The position numbers and the translations under genes are program-made. DNA of 64,000 nt from sequence record MF044457; one strand, written 5' to 3'. This document shows positions 43,936-54,756 of the stretch, in pieces. The DNA comes from Escherichia phage ST0. Every line of letters begins with the position of its first letter. The stretch's first letter is position 1. Below the pieces are notes generated by a model. That model made no database searches. It was not told the DNA's origin and saw only the letters and a list, made by a program, of their open reading frames with translations.

Positions 43936-45063
43936 TTATTCCGATGCTTCTTTAAATTCTTGTCCAAATACCTTACCAGTATCAGTTGAAGATTGAGTAG
44001 GTAATGTCATTATGTCTGGGGCACTTAAAGATTCTGAAACATAATTTACACGAATACCATTTATACCAAACTCGGCAGGTTTTGAAACGCTTCCATTACA
44101 TGATACTTCAGTGAATATAACGTTTCTTAATCCACCTTGCCCGACTGGAGCTGTACGATAACAATAAATCGTGAACCCGTCAGCACCAGCAGGAATTTCT
44201 ACGTAGTCTTCATATATCTTCCATTCACCTGCGGCCCCATCAAAGTTTGTATCTTTAAATGAAATAGGTGAAGTAGAAGGAGATTTAAAGAAACGAATAG
44301 AAAGTCGTGTCGTCCCTTGTGCTAACAAATCAGCATCGGCCATTAGTTGGAATTTCATATAAAGGAAATCTCCAGGCTTCAATTTATACCCAGCGAGAGG
44401 TGTAATAAGGGATGTTGTAGGCATCCTTTTAATTTCATTATTAGTACCTCCAACAGCAGATAAAAATGTGTCTGTCGATTCGTACGTACGACTAGGGAAG
44501 CCGGTAGCACCAATATCATCGATCGTGTCGTACACAACATCAAGTGGTGTACTATAGTCGGTTGAAGTTTTCTTATTACTATACTTAATATGCTCTAGTG
44601 CTATAGCATTCTTACCAGAAATATAAAATGCTGAATAAGAAATGTCCACTATATTTAAAACTTGTTGAGCTAATGGAATAACAGAACTCCCAGCTTTAGT
44701 AAACCACGCAAGAACTTCTGGCGGAAAGTTTGTTTTAGCGTTAGTAACAAGAGCAAATATAAAATTAGAAGCGTATGTGTCCATGTAAGTAACAAATGCA
44801 CTTGACGTGGCGTCGTTTTCAGTAGAGAAATTATATGACTTAGATTCAACTACTGCACCTGTTGTAGGATTTATTACACGAACGTTTAATCCAACAGAAA
44901 AAACCTGGGACCCAAGTGGATTATCTTGGAACTTAATATAAGCAGGAGATGTTGATAGCGGGCAAGAGCCCGCTATGCTTAATTTAAATCGTACTGAATT
45001 GCTTTCCGATAAAAATGGCGTTTGGACGTATCCTTGTCCGAACTTAGCCATAAATTTTTCCAT
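43936..45063 (-). CDS. 35: gp35 tail fibre hinge protein
   Basis: 375 aa; position and length as T4 gp35. Confidence 0.9.
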   Translation of the reverse strand: MEKFMAKFGQGYVQTPFLSESNSVRFKLSIAGSCPLSTSPAYIKFQDNPLGSQVFSVGLNVRVINPTTGAVVESKSYNFSTENDATSSAFVTYMDTYASNFIFALVTNAKTNFPPEVLAWFTKAGSSVIPLAQQVLNIVDISYSAFYISGKNAIALEHIKYSNKKTSTDYSTPLDVVYDTIDDIGATGFPSRTYESTDTFLSAVGGTNNEIKRMPTTSLITPLAGYKLKPGDFLYMKFQLMADADLLAQGTTRLSIRFFKSPSTSPISFKDTNFDGAAGEWKIYEDYVEIPAGADGFTIYCYRTAPVGQGGLRNVIFTEVSCNGSVSKPAEFGINGIRVNYVSESLSAPDIMTLPTQSSTDTGKVFGQEFKEASE

Positions 45064-45071
45064 AATACCTC

Positions 45072-48000
45072 TTATTCAATCCACTCAAATTTAACAGTTT
45101 TATTCACAGGGTCTGGAATAATGCGAACATTACCAATCCTTAAGAAATCCCTTATTGTCAAGTTTCCGATTGTTGCATTATCAGAAGGTAAAGCGCCAAT
45201 ATCAGAAGGTTGAGGAGGGTTTCCGCCATCAAATACCTGAACAAAACTCGACCAAGAATTTTTAGTTTTCTGCCATGTACGTGTCCAACGGGTTGTACGT
45301 GCTTCTGGAGTTGTTGGATAAGTAATCCAATCTTGGTAAAGTGAATCAAGTGTATTACCAAACTGAGTCAATGTACCAGGAGATTTAACTTCTTCGCCAC
45401 GTTCTAAGTATGGAAGCCCAGTCACTTCATTAGTTTTTTCAACCATTTTAAAATAACCCGGGAATTGGTTATAAGTAGCTGAATCATTAATGTCAATTGA
45501 CCAGAATCCTACAGTATCAGATGTCGGTGCACGGGTGTATAAATCAGCGGTTTTAGTGCCCTGAGAACGAATTCTCGAGTTAACAGTTAAACCACCTGAA
45601 TTTATAGTAGCACCTTTGGCAATGATTAAGCTTTCACCAACCGTTACTTGGCCGGATGCATTATTAATAGCTAAAGGACGTAATCCATTAAATCCGCCAG
45701 TCTGATCACCTGATGCAGTAAGCATAAAATAGGTATTAGCAGCATCATTACGAATAAAGAATCCGTAATTACCACTAATTGCTCTGAATGCGTTTGCACT
45801 ATAGGTTATAAATTCACCCTGTGCTGTCACCGAACGTCCAAATGTTGCCGCACCATTAGCATTCAATGTTCCGGATGCATTAACATTAATCGGCCGAACT
45901 GTACCGTTGATGCTGAAAGTAATATTACCAAGGTTATCCCGTTGTGAATAAAAGTGGTTAGATGTTTCATCACCAACTTCAAATATCGTAGCACGAGATG
46001 TATCAGAACCGCCGGCGAATTGGTTACCCCATACACGGATATTCATCGCCTGAGCAGGGTTGTTTCCAGTTTGTGGACCTTTTTCAAATATTAAGCGAGT
46101 TGAAGCACCTGTATTAGAAATAGTTAATGTACTATTAGCAGATACCGAACCACCAAACGTAGCCGTACTAGATGATACAAGAGGGGCACTCAGATTCGTT
46201 TGTTGGGTTAAGGTTAGTGAACCATTAACCGTCTGTGCAATGTCCCTACGAATGAACTGAGATGAATCTAGGCCATCTAATAAATTTGCGTCAGCAGCTT
46301 TTGCTTTTAATGGCAAGTAATTTGCCAATACACGGTTTAATTCATACGGTGATACTGCATAGCTATTTTTCTCGTATAGCTCTAAGTTTTGTGTAGAACC
46401 GACTGTATCATTACCAACGAATGTAATAGAACCGGATGAAGTTTTAACGAATCCGCGAATTGCTGTAGTAGCAGCCCATGTTGGTTCGTTCTGGACAATC
46501 CATTTTAAATTCTTAGGAGATACAGCAGTGTTCGCTGACGTTCCAGTCACAGTTTCAGCCTGAGTAGCAACCTTGATTACACCTTCAGACGTTTCAGTGG
46601 ACTTAGTCCCTAAAAGCTTTTTAGGAGTAATAAGAACATCATCTAAAGTTCCTGCATTAGATTCTGCCTGGGTCGCTACGCGAAGTGTACCACGTTGTGT
46701 TTCATTTGCTTTAGAAATATCAAGAGTATAATGGTTCCACAAGGTTCCTTCTTCAATAAGTCCGGAATCAGAATTAACACTGGTACGGTCAGAAGAATCA
46801 AAATGAGTTTTAATTTTCAGTGGAGTCGAGATACGAGTATCATCAGTTCCAGTATCAAATTCAACTTGCGTAGCAATTTCGGCTATGCCGGATAATCCTT
46901 CCGTCGCTCTCCTATCATTTAACGTCTTAGGCGTTACTGCACGTGTATAATCAGTCCCAGCATTAGTTTCTGCTTGCGTAGCAATTTCAATTAAACCAAT
47001 ACGTCCATCAGTAGAAGTTTTCTTATGTAGTGTTTCAGGAGTTACTACAGCATGAGAGTATCCAGACTGAGATTGTCCAGCAATTACTTCACTATCAATA
47101 GCTAAAATTACTGCACCTTGTTGGGCGTAAGTTGCTTTATATTGGTCAAGGGCTTTAGGAGAAATAGTTAAATTATTTACGGTTTTATTATAAACGTTAG
47201 TGCCTGCGGCCCCACGAGTTTCAGCAGGAGTAGCAGAAGTAGTTGATACATATTTAACTATACCCGATAGTGTTTCGGAACCCTGACGTGCCTGTAATTT
47301 CTTAGGTGTAATAATCGTTGTGTCATCAAGACCAGCATCGGTTTCAGTCTGAGTAGCAATTTCAGCAAGACCGCGACGAGTTTCAGTTGCTGTACGCTCA
47401 TTTAGTTTTTTAGGCGTAACAATAGTATCGTCCACAAATGATGCTGTGGAATTCTGGTTAACTTGTGCTGTTGTAGCAATTTTAGCGATACCACGTCGAG
47501 CTTCAGTTGCTGTACGATTTGCCAATGTTTCCGGAGTAATAGCAACTTCTTTAGCCGGAGTATTCTCTAAATCAACATTTGCTTGCGCTTGAGTAGCAAG
47601 AGCAATAACACCTAAACGAGCTCGTGTAGCATCAGTTCCAGCATCAACACGTTCTACAGTTGGGACGTTTTGTTGAACAACCCAATAACGTGTACCAGCA
47701 ACGGTGTCTTCGATATACGATAATTCTAATACAGGAACATATGAAGTAGTGCCATTGAATTCTAGTTCAGTAACAGAGACCCATTGAGCATCAGGTGGAT
47801 ATTCAGAACGTTTAGGGAACTGAAGCAACGCAACAGAAGAAGCAATTGTATCACCTTCGGCAGCTTTAATTTTTACGGTTTGGCCTTTACGCATGTAGTT
47901 CATTGAAATTTTAACAGTGTCACCACTCAAAATTCCAGTAGGCAGCGTAAGATTAATAGTTCCGGTTGTAGCGTTATTTGTGCCAAAAATAAGAACTTCT

Positions 48001-48947
48001 TCATTTGGACGAATATTTGAATCAGCACGGATAATACGAAGACGCGATTTCTGGTCGCCTTCCCATATACGCCATAAACTATTTGAAGCATCAAAAACAA
48101 AAAACGCGTCAGAGTCATTTCTGCCTTCGGCAATATGAGTCCCGACTTCACCAATAGACGTTGTATCATCAAATGTTTTAACAATTGTATGATACAGTGG
48201 GTTTAATTTATCTAAATCGACTAGGGTGATTATATCACCATTGTTAGCATTACGTGGAAGTGTAATGTTGATTGGTGCTGCACTAGTAAAACGACGAACG
48301 ATAAAATCATTTGCTTGTGCTTGATATGGTGTCGCAGGTGTAACAGTGATTGATTCTTTACCGTAATCAATGATATACATCTGCCACAAACGATTACTAA
48401 ACACAAACAATAGTTGTGAACGTGGACGCGTCATTAAAACTGTACGAACTTGTTCACCTCTAAAGTTTAAAATACTCTGCACAGACGCGTTAATCTGTAC
48501 TTTAACTGTCCCGGTTCTTCCACCAATATCAGCCAAAACAACAGTATCACCATCAACCGGCGCATTTGGCAACGTGAAAACCATATCATTGCCGGCCCCA
48601 GTGTTAACCGAAATAGAATCACCTGAAGAAAGTTGATAAGTCCCAGAAGAGACAGTTATCCATTGTGCATCGGTACGAACTGCACGCCATTGTAAAAGGT
48701 TAAATGCCCCGGAAGGAGACACGATATCATTTATTGCTTGATATAAACGGTTGTCATAAAGAACAACAAATCCTTTGTTATATCCACGCGTAGAATCATA
48801 TACTTGAACGGTGTTTTCTTGTACCAGGAAGTCAACGTTTACGCCATCAGTACCTACTGTACGGTCGGCTAATGCTACGTTAACAATCTTGTCGCCACCG
48901 GCGTCCAGACCGTCTTCGGCTCTGAACTTACGTTTGATGTCGGCCAT
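45072..48947 (-). CDS. 34: gp34 long tail fibre proximal subunit
   Basis: 1291 aa; N-terminus MADIKRKFRAEDGLDAGGDKIVNVALADRTV...; internal repeats of the TPKKL type. Confidence 0.95.
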   Translation of the reverse strand: MADIKRKFRAEDGLDAGGDKIVNVALADRTVGTDGVNVDFLVQENTVQVYDSTRGYNKGFVVLYDNRLYQAINDIVSPSGAFNLLQWRAVRTDAQWITVSSGTYQLSSGDSISVNTGAGNDMVFTLPNAPVDGDTVVLADIGGRTGTVKVQINASVQSILNFRGEQVRTVLMTRPRSQLLFVFSNRLWQMYIIDYGKESITVTPATPYQAQANDFIVRRFTSAAPINITLPRNANNGDIITLVDLDKLNPLYHTIVKTFDDTTSIGEVGTHIAEGRNDSDAFFVFDASNSLWRIWEGDQKSRLRIIRADSNIRPNEEVLIFGTNNATTGTINLTLPTGILSGDTVKISMNYMRKGQTVKIKAAEGDTIASSVALLQFPKRSEYPPDAQWVSVTELEFNGTTSYVPVLELSYIEDTVAGTRYWVVQQNVPTVERVDAGTDATRARLGVIALATQAQANVDLENTPAKEVAITPETLANRTATEARRGIAKIATTAQVNQNSTASFVDDTIVTPKKLNERTATETRRGLAEIATQTETDAGLDDTTIITPKKLQARQGSETLSGIVKYVSTTSATPAETRGAAGTNVYNKTVNNLTISPKALDQYKATYAQQGAVILAIDSEVIAGQSQSGYSHAVVTPETLHKKTSTDGRIGLIEIATQAETNAGTDYTRAVTPKTLNDRRATEGLSGIAEIATQVEFDTGTDDTRISTPLKIKTHFDSSDRTSVNSDSGLIEEGTLWNHYTLDISKANETQRGTLRVATQAESNAGTLDDVLITPKKLLGTKSTETSEGVIKVATQAETVTGTSANTAVSPKNLKWIVQNEPTWAATTAIRGFVKTSSGSITFVGNDTVGSTQNLELYEKNSYAVSPYELNRVLANYLPLKAKAADANLLDGLDSSQFIRRDIAQTVNGSLTLTQQTNLSAPLVSSSTATFGGSVSANSTLTISNTGASTRLIFEKGPQTGNNPAQAMNIRVWGNQFAGGSDTSRATIFEVGDETSNHFYSQRDNLGNITFSINGTVRPINVNASGTLNANGAATFGRSVTAQGEFITYSANAFRAISGNYGFFIRNDAANTYFMLTASGDQTGGFNGLRPLAINNASGQVTVGESLIIAKGATINSGGLTVNSRIRSQGTKTADLYTRAPTSDTVGFWSIDINDSATYNQFPGYFKMVEKTNEVTGLPYLERGEEVKSPGTLTQFGNTLDSLYQDWITYPTTPEARTTRWTRTWQKTKNSWSSFVQVFDGGNPPQPSDIGALPSDNATIGNLTIRDFLRIGNVRIIPDPVNKTVKFEWIE

Positions 48948-48977
48948 TCGTTTTTCCTTTATTGTTTCAATAATACT

Positions 48978-48985
48978 TATTTATA
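48978..48985 (-). promoter_or_regulatory. late promoter TATAAATA for gene 34
   Basis: Minus strand reads GGTATAAATAAG about 30 nt upstream of the gene 34 ATG. Confidence 0.6.
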
Positions 48986-49050
48986 CCAGTTTACGCTTTC
49001 AAATGAGTATGTTACTATAGATAAGTTGACTAACTGAACAAGAGGTTCAT

Positions 49051-49968
49051 ATGGATTTAGAAATGATGTTGGATGAAGATTACAAAGAAGGTATTGCACT
49101 TGCCGACTTTAGTAACATTGCATTAGCAGCCGCATTAAACAACTTTGAAGACGGTGATAAAATTACTGTTCCGATGGTTCGTCATGTAATCTTGAATTCA
49201 ATTCGTAAAAACGTAGTGATGTTCCGTAAGCAAGGCTATACAAAATTTGTATTGTGTATGGATAATGCTACTTCAGGTTATTGGCGTCGTGACTTTGCTT
49301 ACTATTACAAGAAAAATCGTAAAACCGATCGTGAAGCTTCAAAGTGGGATTGGGAAGGATATTTTACTGCGCTCCGTCAAGTTGTTGATGAGATTAAGAA
49401 ATACATGCCATACGTTGTAATGGATATTGACAAGTATGAAGCGGATGACCATATCGGTGTATTAACTAAATATTTGTCATTAGCTGGACATAAGGTATGT
49501 ATTGTTGCATCAGATGGTGACTTTACACAATTACACAAATATCCTAACGTTAAACAGTGGTCGCCACCACAGAAAAAATGGGTTAAAATTAAGAACGGTT
49601 CTGCTGAAATTGATTGCATGACTAAAATTCTTAAAGGTGACCGTAAAGACGGCGTTGCATCTGTTCGAGTTCGTGGCGACTTCTGGTTTACCAGAGTTGA
49701 TGGTGAACGAACTCCGAGCATGAAAACAACGATTATTGAAGCAATTGCCAATGACCGTTCTCAAGCTGAAGTATTATTAAGTGCGGAAGAATATAAACGG
49801 TATCAAGAAAATTTGGTTCTTATTGATTTTGATTATATCCCTGATAATATTGCTTCAACCATTATAGAGTATTATAACTCATATAAACCACAACCTAAAG
49901 GCAAGATTTATTCATACTTTGTAAAATCTGGACTTTCTAAATTAACAAGTGTAATTAATGAATTCTGA
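49051..49968 (+). CDS. rnh: RNase H (5'-3' exonuclease, FEN family)
   Basis: 305 aa; MDLEMMLDEDYKEG...GYWRRDFAYYYKKNR...DKYEADDHIGVL match remembered T4 RNase H. Confidence 0.95.
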   Translation: MDLEMMLDEDYKEGIALADFSNIALAAALNNFEDGDKITVPMVRHVILNSIRKNVVMFRKQGYTKFVLCMDNATSGYWRRDFAYYYKKNRKTDREASKWDWEGYFTALRQVVDEIKKYMPYVVMDIDKYEADDHIGVLTKYLSLAGHKVCIVASDGDFTQLHKYPNVKQWSPPQKKWVKIKNGSAEIDCMTKILKGDRKDGVASVRVRGDFWFTRVDGERTPSMKTTIIEAIANDRSQAEVLLSAEEYKRYQENLVLIDFDYIPDNIASTIIEYYNSYKPQPKGKIYSYFVKSGLSKLTSVINEF

Positions 49969-49975
49969 GGTAAAC

Positions 49976-50245
49976 ATGGCTAAGAAAGAAGCAGTTGAAT
50001 TTAATCAAGATGTGCATGGTGAAGAACTGGCTAAACTAGTCAAGGAAGCTTCCGATAACAAACTTAAAATTTCTGGTTATAATGAACTGATTAAAGACAT
50101 TCGTACTCGTGCTAAAGAAGAGCTTGGCGTCGATGGAAAAATGTTTAATCGTTTGTTAGCTCTTTATCATAAAGACGCTCGTGATCAATTTGAAGCTGAA
50201 AACGAAGAGGTAGTCGAGCTTTATGACACAGTTTTCACTAAGTGA
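49976..50245 (+). CDS. dsbA: DsbA double-stranded DNA-binding late transcription factor
   Basis: ORF track 49958..50245; ATG at 49976 gives MAKKEAVEFNQDVHGEELAKLVKEASDNKLKISGYNELIKDIR... matching remembered T4 DsbA. Confidence 0.85.
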   Translation: MAKKEAVEFNQDVHGEELAKLVKEASDNKLKISGYNELIKDIRTRAKEELGVDGKMFNRLLALYHKDARDQFEAENEEVVELYDTVFTK

Positions 50246-50561
50246 TATTAAACCGGTTGATGAGGCCGGTTTATCTGAACAAGAATTAGCAGTAAAACAC
50301 GATAAAGATGATATCGCTAAATTACTTGACCGACAAGAAAACGGATTCATTATCGAATCCATGGTTGAACGATTTGGTATGTCTTATTTAGAAGCAACAA
50401 CTGCTTTCTTGGAAGAAAATTCTATTCCAGAAACACAATTTGCTAAATTTATTCCTACAGGAATTGTTGAAAAAATTACAAGCGAAGCAATTGACGAAAA
50501 CATGCTTCGCCCATCAGTTGCTCGTGGTGAAAAAACTAATACGTTAGATTTCTTATTATGA
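50223..50561 (+). CDS. 33: gp33 late transcription co-activator
   Basis: 112 aa, same length and position as T4 gp33; partial sequence recall only. Confidence 0.7.
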   Translation: MTQFSLSDIKPVDEAGLSEQELAVKHDKDDIAKLLDRQENGFIIESMVERFGMSYLEATTAFLEENSIPETQFAKFIPTGIVEKITSEAIDENMLRPSVARGEKTNTLDFLL

Positions 50562-51211
50562 TTAAAATACGCATGCCTCCTGACGGAGAACGTTATATTA
50601 ACGGAAAATCGGTATACAAACTATACTTGATGTGCAAACAACATTTTAATGGTCGGTATGACGTAATCAAATATAACTGGTGCATGCGTGTTTCGGATAA
50701 TGCGTATCAAAAACGCCGAGATAAATATTTCTTTGAAAAGCTAGCAGAGAAATATAAATTGAAGGAACTCACCTTGATATTCATCAGTAACTTAGTTGCT
50801 AACCAAGATGCATGGATTGGTGAGATATCAGACGCTGATGCATTAGTTTTCTATAGGGAATATATTGGACGTCTCAAACAAGCCAAGGAGACGTTTGCTG
50901 AAGATGTACGTAACATCTACTATTTCAGTAAGAAAGTTGAAGTTAGCGCGCTTCAAGAGATATTTGATTATAATAACAACGTTCAGTCGAGCTACATATT
51001 CAAATTGCTACAAAGCAATATAATTTCATTTGAGACTTTCTTATTGTTGGACTCATTTTTGAATATTATAGATAAGCACGACGAACTTACTGACAATTTA
51101 GTCTGGCAAAATTATTCTACCAAATTAAAGGCATATCGAAAAATACTTCAAATCGATGGAAATGCTGCTAAGAAATTGTTCATAGAAACAATCAAATCAT
51201 GTAGGTATTAA
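50558..51211 (+). CDS. 59: gp59 helicase loader
   Basis: 217 aa; MIKIRMPPDGERYINGKSVYKLYLMCKQHFNGRYDVIKYNWCMRVSD... matches remembered T4 gp59. Confidence 0.92.
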   Translation: MIKIRMPPDGERYINGKSVYKLYLMCKQHFNGRYDVIKYNWCMRVSDNAYQKRRDKYFFEKLAEKYKLKELTLIFISNLVANQDAWIGEISDADALVFYREYIGRLKQAKETFAEDVRNIYYFSKKVEVSALQEIFDYNNNVQSSYIFKLLQSNIISFETFLLLDSFLNIIDKHDELTDNLVWQNYSTKLKAYRKILQIDGNAAKKLFIETIKSCRY

Positions 51212-51240
51212 GCTTTATTTCTTGTGTGTTAAAATTACTT

Positions 51241-51248
51241 TATAAATA
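51241..51248 (+). promoter_or_regulatory. late-type promoter TATAAATA upstream of gene 32
   Basis: Exact TATAAATA about 85 nt upstream of the gene 32 ATG. Confidence 0.4.
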
Positions 51249-51333
51249 AATCATACCAGCTACGAGGTATAAGTGTCGTAGCAACCAACTGTAAGTAAAT
51301 AAATTAAATAATCTAAATAAAAGGTAATAATCC

Positions 51334-52236
51334 ATGTTTAAACGTAAATCTACTGCTGACCTCGCTGCTCAAATGGCTAAACTGAATGGTAACAAAGGTT
51401 TCTCTTCAGAAGATAAAGGCGAATGGAAGCTGAAGCTAGATGCATCCGGTAATGGTCAAGCGGTAATTCGTTTCTTGCCAGCAAAAACTGATGATGCACT
51501 ACCATTTGCAATTCTTGTTAACCACGGTTTCAAGAAAAATGGTAAATGGTATATTGAAAATTGCTCTTCTACACATGGTGATTACGACTCTTGTCCTGTA
51601 TGTCAGTACATTAGTAAAAATGACCTGTACAATACCAACAAAGCTGAATATTCTCAACTGAAACGTAAAACTTCTTATTGGGCTAATATTCTGGTTGTTA
51701 AAGACCCTCAAGCTCCAGATAACGAAGGTAAAGTATTTAAATATCGTTTCGGTAAAAAGATTTGGGACAAAATCAATGCAATGATTGCAGTTGATACCGA
51801 AATGGGTGAAACTCCAGTTGATGTTACTTGTCCGTTTGAAGGTGCTAACTTCGTTCTGAAAGCTAAGCAGGTTTCTGGTTTTAGCAACTATGACGAATCT
51901 AAATTCTTGGGTCAATCTGAAATTCCTCGTATTAATGATGAAGCATTCCAGAAAGAACTATATGACCAGATGGTAGACCTTACCACTTTGACGGCTAAAG
52001 ACCAGTTCAAATCCTTTGAAAAATTAAATGAATCTTTCGCTAAGGTTCTTGGTACTGCCGCTCTTGGTGGTGCAGCAGCCGCAGCAGCTTCTGTTGCAGA
52101 TAAAGTTGCTTCTGACCTTGACGATTTTGATAAAGACATGGAAGCCTTTAGTTCTGCAAAAACTGAAGATGACTTCATGAGCTCTACCTCATCCTCTGAT
52201 GATGGTGACCTCGATGACCTGTTAGCCGGTCTATAA
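51334..52236 (+). CDS. 32: gp32 single-stranded DNA-binding protein
   Basis: 300 aa; [36 protein letters not shown]...[12 protein letters not shown] matches remembered T4 gp32; acidic C-terminal tail. Confidence 0.95.
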   Translation: MFKRKSTADLAAQMAKLNGNKGFSSEDKGEWKLKLDASGNGQAVIRFLPAKTDDALPFAILVNHGFKKNGKWYIENCSSTHGDYDSCPVCQYISKNDLYNTNKAEYSQLKRKTSYWANILVVKDPQAPDNEGKVFKYRFGKKIWDKINAMIAVDTEMGETPVDVTCPFEGANFVLKAKQVSGFSNYDESKFLGQSEIPRINDEAFQKELYDQMVDLTTLTAKDQFKSFEKLNESFAKVLGTAALGGAAAAAASVADKVASDLDDFDKDMEAFSSAKTEDDFMSSTSSSDDGDLDDLLAGL

Positions 52237-52242
52237 TAAATC

Positions 52243-52264
52243 GGGAGACTTCGGTCTCCCTTTT
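52243..52264 (+). terminator. UUCG-tetraloop terminator after gene 32
   Basis: GGGAGAC-TTCG-GTCTCCC followed by TTTT. Confidence 0.8.
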
Positions 52265-52291
52265 GAGTATCTGTAAATTGCCAAAAAAGAT

Positions 52292-52320
52292 GTTTACTTC
52301 TTCCCTAGATGTGATATTAT
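52292..52320 (+). promoter_or_regulatory. early promoter
   Basis: GTTTAC, 17 bp, TATTAT, then AGTCCTATCA. Confidence 0.55.
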
Positions 52321-52349
52321 AGTCCTATCAACAACATGAGGAAATCAAA

Positions 52350-52754
52350 ATGGAAATCGGAAAATCTTATATCATTAACCCTTTGTTTAAAGACGACTTT
52401 GTTCAAGAAGCACCACACAATAACGCTAAGATGTTAAAATTGATTGAACTCCACGGGCCTAGTTTTGTTGTAAACGGAATGGAACCTGATTATGACGGCG
52501 ATACGCCAAACGTAGTAAGTGTAACTATGGAAGATGGTACTGTATGTTCTGCCGGTGGTGAAATTGAAACTTATTTTGAGATTTATCCTGACGAGTTCAA
52601 ATACTTTATTGAGTACTTTACTGAGGTAACTTTAGAAAAGCCTCAACCTACTAACGAAGGTATAACTTTAGGTGTAACAAAAATCCATTGTATCGTAGAT
52701 GAAACCAACGTCGACGAAATCATCAAACTTTTGCAAAAAACTTTTAAAAAGTAG
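52350..52754 (+). CDS. hypothetical protein
   Basis: ORF track 134 aa; RBS GAGGAAA. Confidence 0.45.
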   Translation: MEIGKSYIINPLFKDDFVQEAPHNNAKMLKLIELHGPSFVVNGMEPDYDGDTPNVVSVTMEDGTVCSAGGEIETYFEIYPDEFKYFIEYFTEVTLEKPQPTNEGITLGVTKIHCIVDETNVDEIIKLLQKTFKK

Positions 52755-52783
52755 TGTACAATCAGATAGGGTTATGTTATAGT
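52755..52783 (+). promoter_or_regulatory. early promoter with GATAGGG/CCCTATC inverted repeat around the -10
   Basis: GTGTAC, 17 bp, TATAGT. Confidence 0.5.
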
Positions 52784-52818
52784 AGCCCTATCAAATCAAA
52801 AGTGAAGCGGAGAATAAA

Positions 52819-53067
52819 ATGAGATTGCAACGCCAGAGCATCAAAGATTCGGAAGTTAGAGGTAAATGGTACTTCAACATCGTCGGTAAAGACGCTGAAC
52901 TCCTTGAACAAGCTGAAGAAGCTTTACGAGAAATGGGTTGGAACGAAGAATGTGATGGATGTCCACTCTACGAAGATGGTGAAAGTGCAGGATTCTGGAT
53001 TTATCATTCTGACGTCGATCAGTTTAAAGCTGATTGGAAAGTTGTTAAGAAAAATCTGAGGAAATAA
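52819..53067 (+). CDS. hypothetical small protein
   Basis: ORF track 82 aa. Confidence 0.4.
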   Translation: MRLQRQSIKDSEVRGKWYFNIVGKDAELLEQAEEALREMGWNEECDGCPLYEDGESAGFWIYHSDVDQFKADWKVVKKNLRK

Positions 53068-53069
53068 TT

Positions 53070-53318
53070 ATGAATGTTGTTGTTGAATACTCTCAAGGCG
53101 CTGATGTCGGATATGAAGTTTATACTTCAGTTAATTTAGACCATCCGGATTTGGCCGAATTCATTGGCGACGCATTTGATTTGTCTGGGCGATACACAAC
53201 AAAACCTCGCGTTTGTGTTATAACATTTGACCCGACCGACGGCTGTCAAATCCAGACTGATTTGGTTTCTTCTAAATCACAAATCCAAAAAGTTATTAAA
53301 GGACTTAAAAATGCTTAA
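53070..53318 (+). CDS. hypothetical small protein
   Basis: ORF track 82 aa. Confidence 0.4.
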   Translation: MNVVVEYSQGADVGYEVYTSVNLDHPDLAEFIGDAFDLSGRYTTKPRVCVITFDPTDGCQIQTDLVSSKSQIQKVIKGLKNA

Positions 53319-53898
53319 ATTAGTATTCGCATGTGCTCCGACTAAAACAGTTGATGATAAGCTGGAATATGCTTTTGGATTAGGTGATATGCTTCCATGG
53401 AAGCATATCAAACAAGATATGAGTAACTTTGTTGCTCGCACTAAAAACACTGTAATGGTTATGGGTGCTAAGACTTTTGCATCATTACCTCGTCTACTCC
53501 CAGACCGTACTCATGTGGTTGTCACTGATATGGCCAGAAAACTGCCTAGGACTAAAACTGATGAACTTGCACGGTTCTATATCACCCAATCTGAATTTAT
53601 TACCTTGGTAACAGGTGGTGAAATTAACCTGTTTAGCCATGCAACTGACGTACCGTTTAAACTTTCTACTGAACATGTTGATGTCTCGGTTATTGGTGGT
53701 CCTGCTTTATTAAAACAAGCACTGCCTTATGCCGATGAAATCGTGATGACTAAAATCATTAAGAAATGTCGTGTTAATTCCGATGTTCAACTTGATAAAG
53801 ATTTCGTCCAAGATATTATGCTTCAACGTTCTATGGTAGAATCTCATTACTACAGAATCGATGAACTCACCGAAATTACTGAGAGCGTTTATAAATGA
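53311..53898 (+). CDS. frd: Frd dihydrofolate reductase
   Basis: ORF track 53227..53898; ATG at 53311 (overlapping the upstream stop) gives MLKLVFACAPTKTVDDKLEYAFGLGDMLPW..., close to remembered T4 Frd; C-terminus ...ITESVYK. Confidence 0.9.
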   Translation: MLKLVFACAPTKTVDDKLEYAFGLGDMLPWKHIKQDMSNFVARTKNTVMVMGAKTFASLPRLLPDRTHVVVTDMARKLPRTKTDELARFYITQSEFITLVTGGEINLFSHATDVPFKLSTEHVDVSVIGGPALLKQALPYADEIVMTKIIKKCRVNSDVQLDKDFVQDIMLQRSMVESHYYRIDELTEITESVYK

Positions 53899-54755
53899 AA
53901 CAATACCAATACCTGATTAAAGATATCTTAGAAAATGGCTACGAAACAGACGACCGTACAGGTACCGGCACTATTGCCCTGTTCGGAACTAAATTGCGAT
54001 GGGATCTGACTAAAGGATTCCCTGCGGTAACAACTAAGAAATTAGCATGGAAAGCTTGTATTGCCGAGTTACTGTGGTTCATGTCTGGTTCTACCAATGT
54101 TAATGATTTGCGTATTCGTACTCATGGTAGTCTTATTCAAGGTAAAACTATTTGGGACGACAACTATGAAAATCAGGCAAAAGACCTTGGGTATCATAGC
54201 GGCGAACTTGGTCCTATTTATGGTAAGCAATGGCGTGATTTTGGTGGTGTAGACCAATTAGTTGAAACAATCGACCGTATTAAAAAATTACCAACTGATC
54301 GTCGTCAAATTGTTTCTGCCTGGAATCCAGCTGAAATAAATCAAATGGCTCTTCCTCCTTGCCATATGTTCTATCAGTTCAATGTGCGTAATGGTCATCT
54401 TGATTTACAATGGTATCAACGCAGTGTAGATGTTTTCTTGGGTCTGCCGTTCAACATTGCCTCGTACGCTGCCTTGACGCATATTGTAGCGAAGATGTGT
54501 AACCTTATCCCAGGTGATTTAGTGTTCTCAGGCGGCAACACGCATATCTACAGCAATCATGTAGAACAATGCAAAGAAGTTCTTCGTCGTGAACCTAAAG
54601 AGTTATGTTCTCTTGAAATTAATTGGCCTAGTAATTTTGAGAATTGGCCTACAAAAATCCAAATGGACTGGGTTACTGGAACGATGACATATTCTGATTT
54701 CGTTCTTAAAAATTACGAATCACATCCAGCTATCAAAGCTAAAATGGCGGTATAA
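53895..54755 (+). CDS. td: Td thymidylate synthase, uninterrupted
   Basis: 286 aa in one frame; MKQYQYLIKDILENGYETDDRTGTGTIALFG and catalytic PPCHMFYQFNV match T4 Td. Confidence 0.95.
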   Translation: MKQYQYLIKDILENGYETDDRTGTGTIALFGTKLRWDLTKGFPAVTTKKLAWKACIAELLWFMSGSTNVNDLRIRTHGSLIQGKTIWDDNYENQAKDLGYHSGELGPIYGKQWRDFGGVDQLVETIDRIKKLPTDRRQIVSAWNPAEINQMALPPCHMFYQFNVRNGHLDLQWYQRSVDVFLGLPFNIASYAALTHIVAKMCNLIPGDLVFSGGNTHIYSNHVEQCKEVLRREPKELCSLEINWPSNFENWPTKIQMDWVTGTMTYSDFVLKNYESHPAIKAKMAV

Positions 54756-54756
54756 A

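Noticed and set aside
40099-48636. Several 60-90 aa + strand ORFs inside the minus-strand tail fibre genes 34 and 37
   Set aside because: Antisense to long, conserved structural genes; no RBS or promoter.
51499-52178. 138 and 88 aa minus-strand ORFs inside gene 32
   Set aside because: Antisense artefacts within the SSB gene.
53895-54755. Expected group I intron in td
   Set aside because: The 286 aa ORF is continuous and matches Td end to end.
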